Positions 39,501 through 46,776 of a stretch of 49,177 nucleotides of DNA are shown piece by piece. Both the position numbers and the translations under genes were made by a program. The DNA comes from a virus. Lineage: Duplodnaviria; Caudoviricetes. The DNA lies in IMG/VR virus record IMGVR_UViG_3300047669_000035, positions 1-49,177 of that record, one strand, 5' to 3'. The first letter of the stretch is position 1. Each line of letters begins with the position of its first letter. The notes below the pieces were generated by a model that was not told the DNA's origin, did no database searches, and was given only the letters and a program-made list of their open reading frames with translations.

Positions 39501-41534
39501 ATGGTTGAGGAAGAAGGTATTTCTGCACCTAGAATTGGTGGTGGTTCATTGCCCAATAACCCATTAAATATAAAACTAAAAGGTTCAGAAGAAGCCATTG
39601 ATGTGCCCCCCATAGAAGCAATAGCCAGAAACTCTTTATCTATTTTAACTGCTGCTATGAAAAATGATGGTGCTTCAAAATTAATTAGAGATTTAGAAAC
39701 TATGGGTGAAGCAGAGTTATTAGCACCTAACCAAACTGGTGGTGCAAATACTATTTTTGTTTTTGAAAATGGTTTAAAAAAATATTATGACATTGTAGAC
39801 CCTGAATTATTTCATGGAATAAGAGCATTAGGTGGAGCAGAAGTAGGATTTATAACAAAAATGTTAGCTTTTCCAGCCACAATATTAAGAGACACAGTTA
39901 CCCGTGACCCTGGATTTATAGCAGTAAACTTACTTAGAGATACATTGTCTGCAACAGTTACGTCAGGTGTAAACCTTTCTGCTGGAGAAGACGGCTTTAC
40001 TCCTATGGTAGATACCATAAAAAATATGTTTGCTGACATGACAGACTTAGAAAAGTTTGGCGTTATAGGTGGATATGATTTTGCTAATGATGAAGGAGAT
40101 GTTGTTGATTACTTAGCTAGAACAAGACGACAGCAAGGACTATCTAATGATAACGGAATTTCTGCCCAAGATGCCTTTTATAAACTTTGGGATGGTCTTG
40201 GTGGACTAACAACAAAATCAGACGGAGCAACTCGTAAAGGGGTGTTTGATGCAGTCTATAAAAAATTAAAAAAAGATGGATATACAGAAGCACAAGCACA
40301 ATCTGAAGCTGCTTATCAATCATTAGAAATTATCAACTTTGGTCGTAGAGGACTATCACCAATGTTCAGAGTAATTACTTCAGCCATACCTTTTTTAAAC
40401 GCAAGAATACAAGGTCTTGATGTAATTTATAGGTCTTCTTTTGGAGGAACTTATTCTGCACAAGACAAATTGCAAGAAGGAGAAACTTTAGACGATTTAA
40501 AGAAAAGAATATTTAAGAGAACGGCTTTAAGAGGTGGAATGATTATGGCTTCCACAATGCTTTACTATCTATTGGTTAGTGATACAGATGAATACAAGGC
40601 GGTTGATAGACAAATAAGAGATGACAACTGGTTAATACCCACGCCATTTGATTACACATTAAAAATTCCTATTCCTTTTGAGATTGGCATGATGTTCAAG
40701 GCTATACCTGAGAGGTTCATAGACCTCGTTCTAGGGGAGAAAGTCTTAGGTATTAAGGAATCGGTAGAGAAAGACCCATTTGAGTCTATAAAAAGGCAAT
40801 TTGGTCAATCTGCTAATATCCCTTTTTTAAGTGGGGATATAAGCATACAAGCAATCAAGCCTATCTTTGAAGCGGTTATCAATAGAAACTCATTTACCAA
40901 TAACGAAATTGTTCCTTACTACAAATTAAAAAGAGAAGAGGGATATCAATCCTCTCCACAAACCAATGAGTTAGCAAGACTTATTGGAGAAGCCATTAAT
41001 GTATCTCCAACTAAAATAGAACACGTTCTTAATGGATATTCAGGAACATTAGGCGGTTATGTATTAGATATAATAGATTCGTTAACCAGAACGGCAACAG
41101 GAAGCCCATTTATACCTAATAACATATTCAGTAACCCTACTAACTTTGCACAATACCCACTTATTAGAAGACTGGTTATAGACAATAAAAAAATGGGAGG
41201 ATATCAACAACAGTTCTATGAACTAAGAGGAGAAGTTGATTCAGCAGTACAAACTTTAAACAGTCTTAGAAAACAAAAACGCTTTGACGAATTAGCGGCT
41301 TACAAATCTGACGTTAAAGGTCTGTTAAAAGTTAAAGGAAAAGTAAGAGCAATGGAAAGATACATGTCTAATTGGAGAAACAAACGAGACAGATTAATGC
41401 GTAGAACGGATATCTCTGTAATGGTTAAAGCAGAACTGCTTGAAGATTTAGAAATGGAAATGAAAAAACGATTAGCTTTTGTGCCAGAACTAAGAAAGAA
41501 AGCTAACGTGCCTATCCTCCAAGGCGGACTCTAA
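33507..41534 (+). CDS. Large polyvalent internal virion protein (two zincin-like domains, ParB-like domain, LPD38-like C-terminus)
   Basis: HEMIH (36039-36053) with downstream EEAIAE; HELVH (37170-37184); HEGRHR; C-terminal IPFLNARIQG and KIPIPFEIG motifs. Confidence 0.8.
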   Translation: MQKVSLPDGRTLNIPNDLDPAKRDELANAVKAEYNIDINEASFGEWLVDKPISVARGLSQMIPTGVKGIAGLVAGSDSDIVKNLSDYQNYIATESAFSSNPKFRGTFGTKLAEGAGSLIGFGGAAFAGRKLAAKGIVSDKVGRFGVPGAFAVPMGMGEQVSLLEESRALGEEPNAIAEKLAILTGGVIGMSELAPIERLFRGIPKNALKNPTIQELLTTRLKSAAATGTAEAFQEAGAGIAQDLTAVGLYSDELPIGDSALEEFTIGGILGASADLLINSIGNRRSISSQRLKDAESKARENRTSLQSEDKFDRAQGQETVEEFQQPIIKEKPDIPVPPIVDVAPPDLGVIQNPNGQFSVIDYNNTEQPIVSSHAEEIDALLAKNKAQTNYERKVLQVQVDNDAYIIGMPDSDSAKTLGRTILDPNLSQINLSTLIGYDSTLSEDFKKELNEEKSATYPGKPFRQILENKRAKLEKTSKYLESKGLELKSSFSMPEIKKVLNKKDYNDLLTSFANHAFAESEKAGEPSIRADVDQVDVTIKNIKAIADAKNIELDFNDPAVRYAAQQWTGFEDIPKTRNRGAKELFLARIHSLPAFNTKTKFPDFRPRTYTGVDMANFVASAQNIEFSKKDLIEVGPESIRNNQESTDQFFNDLIDSGRAVKVEGKNKYKITDDFEYTVARRQEGFGETPDQFGSRLKADQATGKNKLSDEAIENLIRSEEVRQEKVLPPKQLEAKLMNFKETVEEGRTNKFARELKNKLNKAGLGDVGIVVSNDILSTTTLAETGSGEIIFDPRVTRETTTEGAVEGEYDRDTDIIFLSLNAINPDGTATDEQILQRLDRVMDHEMIHAFRAKDLITEKEYQYLRNQVKSRKVSKEYDESSKGETFYTRSKRINAQRAAEATSRGAGKEVIEELYVEEAIAEMYRAREFKDITPKAETILEKIVEFFKSMGTAMRVSGYADSSEIFADIESGKVGARQRGEIRTLRELDRISMAREQGMLGGLDAPPSAVPEEPETKIDTSDTQDIEEEFGKGVLITPTTSFNDVESDTNPITGVSLTLGALQRSGGYNKWELTPEEYAADRKLILDRFYKTTGRKVTAKSKFDQIENTSSLEVLEWLSKNGPTQDYRVIANRLLVQQKKLKRINGINTYFAIVRDGSQRFIGKGLDYSSWVGVSYRPFNPGGLYAAYGNDKSVQQVYLSDTAGTETSPGNNGVSFDTMLHELVHQTTQAATNFYEGSRATKESRQLTKDLEEVRRILIEEIEKITGTTGGQNDYGYKNDDAALKLRDKYGDGGVKIVYAAANIQETLAVGFTNRYAQDFMDSIPYKGTKKTLWDKFTESIRKLLSLPAKTDSLFSEFLRISGKLTKLTNTQLEELKKSPILSSDVGPPLVSPAFSRQSLQSELSSLQTQLYDAESLENADRRDAGTIKGNRNAKKVQDIRNRIADVKRQIAQPVDPEQLPLFSRASTSTEPAFMDFTRQAMNRYASFEETRVTTSDGTSIEIPSRFITRMSPEDFLNLTTDNKTMLFDISKMAGYRLKKFDPELAVEPIFLIIDDSGNVISHEGRHRSSLLMQEGAETIPVYIDAKAAADTFSKNNYGLNINDVPESLSAYGINQLQNQQSEDMFDEPLPIIVNLSDKNIAPLIRGYSPKYPTQKKEYLDRAVEIVSQEDGIIKDIPLFSRSQRFTGEANTSEKIALQKATETVEEFTRKTPRGEVPLYNLNASDVALKAAYDYINDPSAPTIDELPNYSRIEKEIPEDLQGVVNRGGYVPARRPWYDRFIDEVKDPRTNIRKFFKDTRQNYIDKLDKVEKKILQGSEEFEEVRLANNSADTAAIAALRQADKARGIFQGMLTRGFAVDTIEGEAAWTSTQELEINTVHNPFIEGNTGTGGLLQITAPLYSDPTIDLEGIFGTYAKLKRVQQFQAEGRQVESPFTQQDLEFINNIEANYPVVVEVYNNYQKWNNKLVDFAQAKGLLNEEQADEWRAKSTYYPFYRDMVEEEGISAPRIGGGSLPNNPLNIKLKGSEEAIDVPPIEAIARNSLSILTAAMKNDGASKLIRDLETMGEAELLAPNQTGGANTIFVFENGLKKYYDIVDPELFHGIRALGGAEVGFITKMLAFPATILRDTVTRDPGFIAVNLLRDTLSATVTSGVNLSAGEDGFTPMVDTIKNMFADMTDLEKFGVIGGYDFANDEGDVVDYLARTRRQQGLSNDNGISAQDAFYKLWDGLGGLTTKSDGATRKGVFDAVYKKLKKDGYTEAQAQSEAAYQSLEIINFGRRGLSPMFRVITSAIPFLNARIQGLDVIYRSSFGGTYSAQDKLQEGETLDDLKKRIFKRTALRGGMIMASTMLYYLLVSDTDEYKAVDRQIRDDNWLIPTPFDYTLKIPIPFEIGMMFKAIPERFIDLVLGEKVLGIKESVEKDPFESIKRQFGQSANIPFLSGDISIQAIKPIFEAVINRNSFTNNEIVPYYKLKREEGYQSSPQTNELARLIGEAINVSPTKIEHVLNGYSGTLGGYVLDIIDSLTRTATGSPFIPNNIFSNPTNFAQYPLIRRLVIDNKKMGGYQQQFYELRGEVDSAVQTLNSLRKQKRFDELAAYKSDVKGLLKVKGKVRAMERYMSNWRNKRDRLMRRTDISVMVKAELLEDLEMEMKKRLAFVPELRKKANVPILQGGL

Positions 41535-41855
41535 TTCATCTATTAACTTCTCTTCCTTTAACTGTTTCAATCTGAAGAAGTCTTTATGCTCTGGATAGCG
41601 AGCATGAAACAAACGTGCATAGAAGCCTATGTAGTCGTTACTTATCTTAAACTCCCCTCCGTTAGTTTCTATCTCACTATTCCACCTTATACGATTGATT
41701 ATTGCCCAATGAGAGTAATGCTCTCTTCCTGTGGCGATTGCTTCTAGCGTGTACTCTTCAAACTTACCCCACACTTGAGGGTTGTCTTTGTGCCACTCCC
41801 ACCAAACTTTCTTCCTTTCTTGCAAATCTCCTTGCAACTGTTCAACTAATTTCAT
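41490..41855 (-). CDS. Hypothetical protein
   Basis: WHKDNPQVW..IRW..FKISNDY..YARLF pattern; AAGGAG SD. Confidence 0.75.
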   Translation of the reverse strand: MKLVEQLQGDLQERKKVWWEWHKDNPQVWGKFEEYTLEAIATGREHYSHWAIINRIRWNSEIETNGGEFKISNDYIGFYARLFHARYPEHKDFFRLKQLKEEKLIDELESALEDRHVSFLS

Positions 41856-41994
41856 TATCTACTCCTTCACATTTTTTACATAGTTCATTAGAAAAAGAAA
41901 CTGTAAGATTTTCAAATATAGTTGGCATAGGTTTTGTCATGCTCTTTGGTTTTTCCATATCACACCCACAAACATCACATATATATCTATTCAT
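41842..41994 (-). CDS. 50-aa Zn-ribbon micro-protein (not in ORF track)
   Basis: MNRYICDVCG...ELCKKCEGVDNEIS; GGGAG SD. Confidence 0.6.
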   Translation of the reverse strand: MNRYICDVCGCDMEKPKSMTKPMPTIFENLTVSFSNELCKKCEGVDNEIS

Positions 41995-42033
41995 AATTTC
42001 TTCTCCCGTTTTTTTATTGACCAGTAAATATTT

Positions 42034-42420
42034 TTACATGGTGAATTTTGAAATCACCAACTCACATCTAGGATTGTCTTTCTCAACCCCCCCAAACTTA
42101 TAAACCACTTCTTTTATCTGCTTAAAGCTATCATCCTCTAGTATCTCTGCCTTAACCAAAGCATCACAAGCAAACTTGTCTATGATTGAACAAGGGTTAC
42201 TTATGTCTAACCTTCTTTTACTTCTAGCGTAATAGGTGTACGTCAACGATACAGGCTCAGTAAAACGATCAAAGCCCTTGAGTCTTGGCACAAGGTTCTC
42301 TGAATACAATCTCTTAGATATAGACAACACTCGGTAATGAGCGTTGCGGTAATTGTTTAGATTAAGAATGAACTTTTTTTTCTTTGAGTAGTAAACTTCT
42401 AGTGGTAAATCTATCTTCAT
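42034..42420 (-). CDS. rusA: RusA-like Holliday junction resolvase
   Basis: RRLDISN..KFACDALVKAEILEDDS motif; NPRCEL. Confidence 0.8.
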   Translation of the reverse strand: MKIDLPLEVYYSKKKKFILNLNNYRNAHYRVLSISKRLYSENLVPRLKGFDRFTEPVSLTYTYYARSKRRLDISNPCSIIDKFACDALVKAEILEDDSFKQIKEVVYKFGGVEKDNPRCELVISKFTM

Positions 42421-42504
42421 TTTATCTCGCCAACTGCGGTATTATTAGGATCGAAATTTGATGACTGGTAAATATTTTTTTTGCAGCAGGCGGAAGCTGC
42501 GTCA

Positions 42505-42675
42505 TTAATCTTCAATGAATACCAAAAATTTATTATCATCTATCTTAACCATTGCAACTACATTCTTGCCTTTCATCTTTCTTTCTGCCCCTGTAAAAGA
42601 CTTTGCCTCTACAGTAGGGGTATCTATCACAAATTCCCCTTCGGTGCTGTCAAACGTAATTGCTTTAAGTCTCAT
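42505..42675 (-). CDS. 56-aa hypothetical protein (not in ORF track)
   Basis: MRLKAITFDSTEGEFVIDTP...FLVFIED; overlaps the 3' end of the upstream gene. Confidence 0.6.
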   Translation of the reverse strand: MRLKAITFDSTEGEFVIDTPTVEAKSFTGAERKMKGKNVVAMVKIDDNKFLVFIED

Positions 42676-42967
42676 CTAGTATTTCCTTTACTTGTTTTAA
42701 TAACTCTAACTCTGTTCCGTATCTCTTTTCAAACTCTTTCTTCCAAGGATGCCTACTAACCCAAATCCCATTCATCACTCCCTGTCTATGATGCTCATAG
42801 CATAAAGGCAAAACCTTGAAGTGTGCTTCCTCCTTAGTCTTGCCTTCTGTGTGATGTATTTCGGGAGGAACAAAGAAGTTTCCTTGATTGTTACAGACAA
42901 TACAGCCTATCTGACTGACTCTATCCATGTGTCTCTTTTCATCTGCTGTAGGGTTTCTACCTTTCAT
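42665..42967 (-). CDS. Ref-like HNH nuclease
   Basis: GCIVC..EIHH..VLPLCYEHHR..FEKRYGTE. Confidence 0.75.
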   Translation of the reverse strand: MKGRNPTADEKRHMDRVSQIGCIVCNNQGNFFVPPEIHHTEGKTKEEAHFKVLPLCYEHHRQGVMNGIWVSRHPWKKEFEKRYGTELELLKQVKEILDET

Positions 42968-43299
42968 GCACCATATCTAGCTTGTTCTTTCCTAGCTGAT
43001 ACTTGTTTAGTTCTCCACTCTTCAAAACCTATCTCTAATCCTTTCAGATTAACCTTCAATGCTGATAAAGCACCTTTAGCCACTCCCACCCTTAATCTTG
43101 CTTCGTACAATGATAGCTGTGATTCTGCATAGGTATCTTGTGCTGAAGTAGTTTTCATGCCTGTTGCTAGAGCTTGTAGTTTTAAAGTAGCTTGTAACTT
43201 TTTAACTTCTGCTTCGCATTTATAAACCTCGTACTCGGTCTTCTCCATTGTAGGAGCAAGACTCCTGATTTGGTGCATCCAATTTTCTACTTGTTCCAT
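42964..43299 (-). CDS. Coiled-coil hypothetical protein
   Basis: 111-aa helical protein; AAGGAG SD. Confidence 0.7.
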   Translation of the reverse strand: MEQVENWMHQIRSLAPTMEKTEYEVYKCEAEVKKLQATLKLQALATGMKTTSAQDTYAESQLSLYEARLRVGVAKGALSALKVNLKGLEIGFEEWRTKQVSARKEQARYGA

Positions 43300-43418
43300 T
43301 TAATTTTCTCCTTTTTTAAACCTTCCCATAAAAACTCAAGTAAGTAAAAAGGAAGAAACAGTAATGCTAATAGTAAGAATATCACTCCCCAAAATTTATT
43401 AAATATTGGCACTTCCAT
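43287..43418 (-). CDS. 43-aa single-TM micro-protein (not in ORF track)
   Basis: MEVPIFNKFWGVIFLLLALLFLPFYLLEFLWEGLKKEKIKWNK; TAATG coupling. Confidence 0.55.
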   Translation of the reverse strand: MEVPIFNKFWGVIFLLLALLFLPFYLLEFLWEGLKKEKIKWNK

Positions 43419-43615
43419 TATTTATCTTTCAGCAAGTCATTAATTTTATCTTTGATAGACCTATTTCCGTATTGCTCATTAAAAATTCTTCTACCTATAA
43501 TAAGCGGATGAGGTTCTTCATTTTCTTTTCTTTTCTCAATGGAGTTCATTCCATACCACCTGTTAAAATTTTGGTCATAAGACTCTTTATCGCTATATTC
43601 AAATGTGTCACTCAT
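43418..43615 (-). CDS. Hypothetical protein
   Basis: 65 aa, coupled on both sides. Confidence 0.65.
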   Translation of the reverse strand: MSDTFEYSDKESYDQNFNRWYGMNSIEKRKENEEPHPLIIGRRIFNEQYGNRSIKDKINDLLKDK

Positions 43616-43938
43616 ACTTTCCCCCTTATTTCTTTGAATTCATCCAGTATTTTTTTTGTTTTTCCATAAGTATCATGGATTACTGTTGAATAACTTTTAG
43701 CTTGAATAGAAGTTTTGTTGTCGTATGCGTTTGATTCATGCTCAATACAATAATCCAGATAATCATTTATTTCCTTGAGCTTTTTAGTTATGTCCTCATG
43801 CCTACAGTTAGGACATCCGTAACCTTTTAAATGCTCGTCAGGTGTTGATAGAAAATCTCCATGTTGAGGACACCCAATCGTGATGTCCTCGTCCATGATA
43901 ACAAACTTATTTTCTTTAGAAGGGTAAGTCATCATCAC
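43612..43938 (-). CDS. Zn-motif protein (CapR/DUF723-like repeat unit)
   Basis: ITIGCPQHGDF..TPDEHLKGYGCPNC. Confidence 0.6.
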   Translation of the reverse strand: MMMTYPSKENKFVIMDEDITIGCPQHGDFLSTPDEHLKGYGCPNCRHEDITKKLKEINDYLDYCIEHESNAYDNKTSIQAKSYSTVIHDTYGKTKKILDEFKEIRGKV

Positions 43939-44221
43939 TCAAATCAGGTGTAACTTCTTCAACAACAGGCGGTGTAGGTTCTGCCTTTCTTTGTTGTTGA
44001 GGGATGTCTAAACGAGCGTACTTGTACTCGTTTCCATTCTTGCTAACCCTATCCCAAAGGGCAACTCGCATTTCTGCTTCCTCCCCAACTTTAACTTTCT
44101 CCACTAAAGCCTTTAACAACTTTTTATCTAGAACGACCTTTCCTGTCCAATCAGGCTGTTTGTCGTTTTCCTTGTAGTTATTTGTATAAATAGCTCCGTC
44201 ACTTTGCATTCTTTCTTCCAT
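43916..44221 (-). CDS. Single-stranded DNA-binding protein (putative)
   Basis: KQPDWTG OB-like core; acidic DDDLPF tail; next to ERF. Confidence 0.7.
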   Translation of the reverse strand: MEERMQSDGAIYTNNYKENDKQPDWTGKVVLDKKLLKALVEKVKVGEEAEMRVALWDRVSKNGNEYKYARLDIPQQQRKAEPTPPVVEEVTPDLSDDDLPF

Positions 44222-44222
44222 G

Positions 44223-44909
44223 TCACACCTCCTCAGATGTATTAGTTATTTTTTCTTTGTGTTGTACTACAAAAGCATCAAGTCTGGTTTTCTCTTCAGG
44301 AAATTTTTCTTTAAGGATATTAATATCCCCATTAGCTTTATATAAACTGCTAATGTCTTCTACTGTTTTACAAACAATTAAAAGTTGCACAAATCCGTCA
44401 ACAAAAACCTTCGCCCATTCTTCATTCTTAACCTGTTCTTCAACAGGTGCTTCTTCCTTTACAGGTTCAGCTTTCTTTACAGGAGTTTTCTTAGGAACAG
44501 ACTTCTTACCTACTTCTTTTTCAGCTTGATTTCCATCATCATCTTCTTCAGACCCAATGCCACAAGCAAGAGATAAAGAATATCTACGAGCGTAAGTCAA
44601 CGCACTACCAAATCCTTGAGCCGTTCTTTTATCTACAGGAAGAAAGATTTCTCCTGTTGGTAACTCTGCTCCATGACCATGAAAGATTGTCTCTATGCAG
44701 ATTCCATTCTCTGTGTATTTAGATACTTGTCTGTACAAAATACCATTCTTTACTAGAGAAGGCTTTACTGCCTTAATTACTGATTCCAATGAAGCATACT
44801 TGCTTTTAAAGTGAGGATTCACTTTGTCAAATTCAGCAGATGTTATCTCGCTGTATGCCTTGACTAAGGCATCAATTAAATTATCTCTAGGTTCTTTTTC
44901 AATACTCAT
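44223..44909 (-). CDS. erf: ERF-family ssDNA annealing protein
   Basis: NPHFKSKYASL, GSALTYARRYSL, EDDDG. Confidence 0.92.
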   Translation of the reverse strand: MSIEKEPRDNLIDALVKAYSEITSAEFDKVNPHFKSKYASLESVIKAVKPSLVKNGILYRQVSKYTENGICIETIFHGHGAELPTGEIFLPVDKRTAQGFGSALTYARRYSLSLACGIGSEEDDDGNQAEKEVGKKSVPKKTPVKKAEPVKEEAPVEEQVKNEEWAKVFVDGFVQLLIVCKTVEDISSLYKANGDINILKEKFPEEKTRLDAFVVQHKEKITNTSEEV

Positions 44910-45793
44910 GTTTTCTCCTGTTTATATTGATTACAAAATTCAGCCACTTGACAGTAGTTGCAACGTATAGCTTCTCCTTTCAGAAATTCTATACTCAACT
45001 TGTTCTCGTCAACATGACCAGTTATATACTCTTCAGCTAATTCTTGTGTCTCCAATACACGCAAGGCAGATTTCCTACCTTTCTTCATTACTCTGAAAGT
45101 ATCATCCCTTTTCCAAAGCTCTGAGTCTGAACATCTAGGCAAAATTTTACTGATTAAAAAATCAGCTTCCGCTTCCTGATGAATTAAAACTCTCTCTTTG
45201 ATAAACTCTTCTTGTTTCTCGTCAGTCCATTTCGGTATGGGTATGACACTAACTGGTGCGTTTGGATAATCAGCACCACTTCTCATCTTTTGATTTTTAC
45301 TCCAGTCTCGGTTGATTGTAATTATATTTAACTGGTTAATAATTCTTTCTGGGTAATTCTGGCGGTTTAACCAATCATAGCAATTTAATTGTTGTTCCCA
45401 ATCTATCTTGCCTTCTTTCATGGCTGATATGACACTCCATACAGAAGTAACCTTGTAGTCCTTTAGGATGCCACTATCGACTGATATTGAGTCTGTTTGA
45501 CCAGATACAGTCCACCCACCCACATTGGCGTACATGCGTTCTTCTGTAATCGTATCTGGATTATCTTCGTTGGCTCTCTCTAATATGGTATGAACGGATT
45601 GACCTAACAGCTTCCATATTTCGTCTGATACATCCACGCTTATATCGTCAATGTGCTTCTCTTCTAGTAGTCTCATTTGTGGCGGTCTTAATAGACCTGT
45701 TACGGATATGGTAGATGCCCCTTTTGAATAGCTATCGTTATGAACGGCTCGAATTATCTCTTCTGGGATGTTGTGGACGTTAGTGTATTTCAA
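44906..45793 (-). CDS. PD-(D/E)xK exonuclease (Cas4/RecB-like)
   Basis: G.SVH, GQTD..LKDYK, QLNCY, C-terminal RCNYC..FC. Confidence 0.8.
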   Translation of the reverse strand: MKYTNVHNIPEEIIRAVHNDSYSKGASTISVTGLLRPPQMRLLEEKHIDDISVDVSDEIWKLLGQSVHTILERANEDNPDTITEERMYANVGGWTVSGQTDSISVDSGILKDYKVTSVWSVISAMKEGKIDWEQQLNCYDWLNRQNYPERIINQLNIITINRDWSKNQKMRSGADYPNAPVSVIPIPKWTDEKQEEFIKERVLIHQEAEADFLISKILPRCSDSELWKRDDTFRVMKKGRKSALRVLETQELAEEYITGHVDENKLSIEFLKGEAIRCNYCQVAEFCNQYKQEKT

Positions 45794-46082
45794 TTACTAT
45801 CCTCTTCCTTTTCTTAATCAAAGTTACTGTGCTTCCTACTTCTGCTTGTGCCTTGATTCCCTTGATAGATATTCTTCTATCCCCTCTAGCATTGTTTGTT
45901 CTGTATAAGTTAAGAACACTCTCTGTTCCGTCACTAAATTTAGCTTCTAGTTTTACCTTGTCTCCAGATTCCATTTCAGAAAAATCTACGTCAAATAGTT
46001 TTACAAACTCTCTTACGCTAGCATTAGCGTCTATGATTGCTTTATCAAGCATAGTCTTAGTCAGTTTAATCTTTGCTTCCAT
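45780..46082 (-). CDS. Hypothetical protein, possible stand-alone DNA-recognition domain
   Basis: LTKTMLDKAIIDA..LYRT..GDRRISIKG. Confidence 0.6.
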   Translation of the reverse strand: MEAKIKLTKTMLDKAIIDANASVREFVKLFDVDFSEMESGDKVKLEAKFSDGTESVLNLYRTNNARGDRRISIKGIKAQAEVGSTVTLIKKRKRIVIEIH

Positions 46083-46324
46083 TACATCCTCCAGATTCCT
46101 ACTCCGTCTTCCATTTGACGTACTGTAAATTTAGTTTGTGGATTGCTATGCCTGTACCTAAGAACAAAGTTCCTTATTATCTTTACCTCTTGGGGTATTT
46201 TAGTTTTAGGCAACTCAATTAATATATGGTCGCCTACCTTCATTGTCTCTAAAGGTATGTTATATTTTCTTGGTTTACCCCTTCCTATAGGCAAGGGTAT
46301 GCCTTCTTTAATTTCAAATTCCAT
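46082..46324 (-). CDS. Small putative DNA-binding protein
   Basis: IKEGIPLP..RKYNIPLETMKVGDH..GIWR; first gene of the leftward operon; GGAG SD. Confidence 0.7.
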   Translation of the reverse strand: MEFEIKEGIPLPIGRGKPRKYNIPLETMKVGDHILIELPKTKIPQEVKIIRNFVLRYRHSNPQTKFTVRQMEDGVGIWRM

Positions 46325-46375
46325 GATTGCTCCGTATGATTATAATAGCTCCAACTAATTATGATGTCTATATGG

Positions 46376-46404
46376 AGTTTACTTGAGGTATTGCCAATGT
46401 GCAA
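46376..46404 (-). promoter_or_regulatory. Sigma70-type promoter for the leftward recombination operon
   Basis: Minus strand TTGCAC (46404-46399), 17-nt spacer, TAAACT (46381-46376). Confidence 0.55.
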
Positions 46405-46419
46405 GTAATGATTTATGAT
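46391..46419 (+). promoter_or_regulatory. Sigma70-type promoter for the rightward replication operon
   Basis: TTGCCA (46391-46396), 17-nt spacer, TATGAT (46414-46419). Confidence 0.65.
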
Positions 46420-46425
46420 TAAATC

Positions 46426-46701
46426 ATGGAGAGAAACTTAGCAAAATTAGATTCTTTAATAGTCAAACAAGCTATTAGAGATGTTGCTAGTAAAGACGTT
46501 GATACATCTAATGAAGCTCTCTCCTACTTTATCTCAAAAGACTTTTCAAATCTATGCCATAGAAATAATATAGCTGTAGATAAGATGATATTGAGTATAA
46601 AGGAATTGAATAATTACCCTCTACTATCTCGCAAGAGGATGTCTAATGACATAGCAAAAGTCATTGATAATCAGTTTGTGAAGAGGGTATGTAGTAGGTA
46701 G
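46426..46701 (+). CDS. Hypothetical protein
   Basis: 91 aa; IVKQAIRD..ALSYF.SKDF..LC; no SD seen. Confidence 0.7.
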   Translation: MERNLAKLDSLIVKQAIRDVASKDVDTSNEALSYFISKDFSNLCHRNNIAVDKMILSIKELNNYPLLSRKRMSNDIAKVIDNQFVKRVCSR

Positions 46702-46762
46702 ATATACCTACTAAGTTTTATAAGTAATTAGTATCTACTAGATAATAAGTATATACGTCATA
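46692..46762. other. Hairpin and palindrome cluster upstream of the primase-helicase (origin or operator candidate)
   Basis: TAGTAGGTA-GATA-TACCTACTA perfect 9-bp stem; GTATATAC palindrome at 46749-46756. Confidence 0.4.
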
Positions 46763-46776
46763 TTGGAGGAAATAAA

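Noticed and set aside
33773-40039. Several minus-strand ORFs inside the 2675-aa gene
   Set aside because: Antisense frames produced by codon bias; no recognisable motifs
41702-42103. 133-aa plus-strand ORF and similar antisense ORFs at 42481, 42821, 43406, 44257 and 45829
   Set aside because: They overlap well-supported minus-strand genes and show no recognisable motifs
42475-42500. GCAGC-N8-GCTGC hairpin next to a T run as a terminator
   Set aside because: The T run is 5' of the stem on + and reads as an A run 3' of it on -, so the geometry is wrong in both directions
42422-42505. 27-codon minus-strand ORF filling the gap before rusA
   Set aside because: Too short and featureless to support without conservation data
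44906-45793. Cas4-like nuclease suggesting a CRISPR system
   Set aside because: No repeat-spacer array or other cas genes seen; the ERF/SSB context fits a recombination exonuclease
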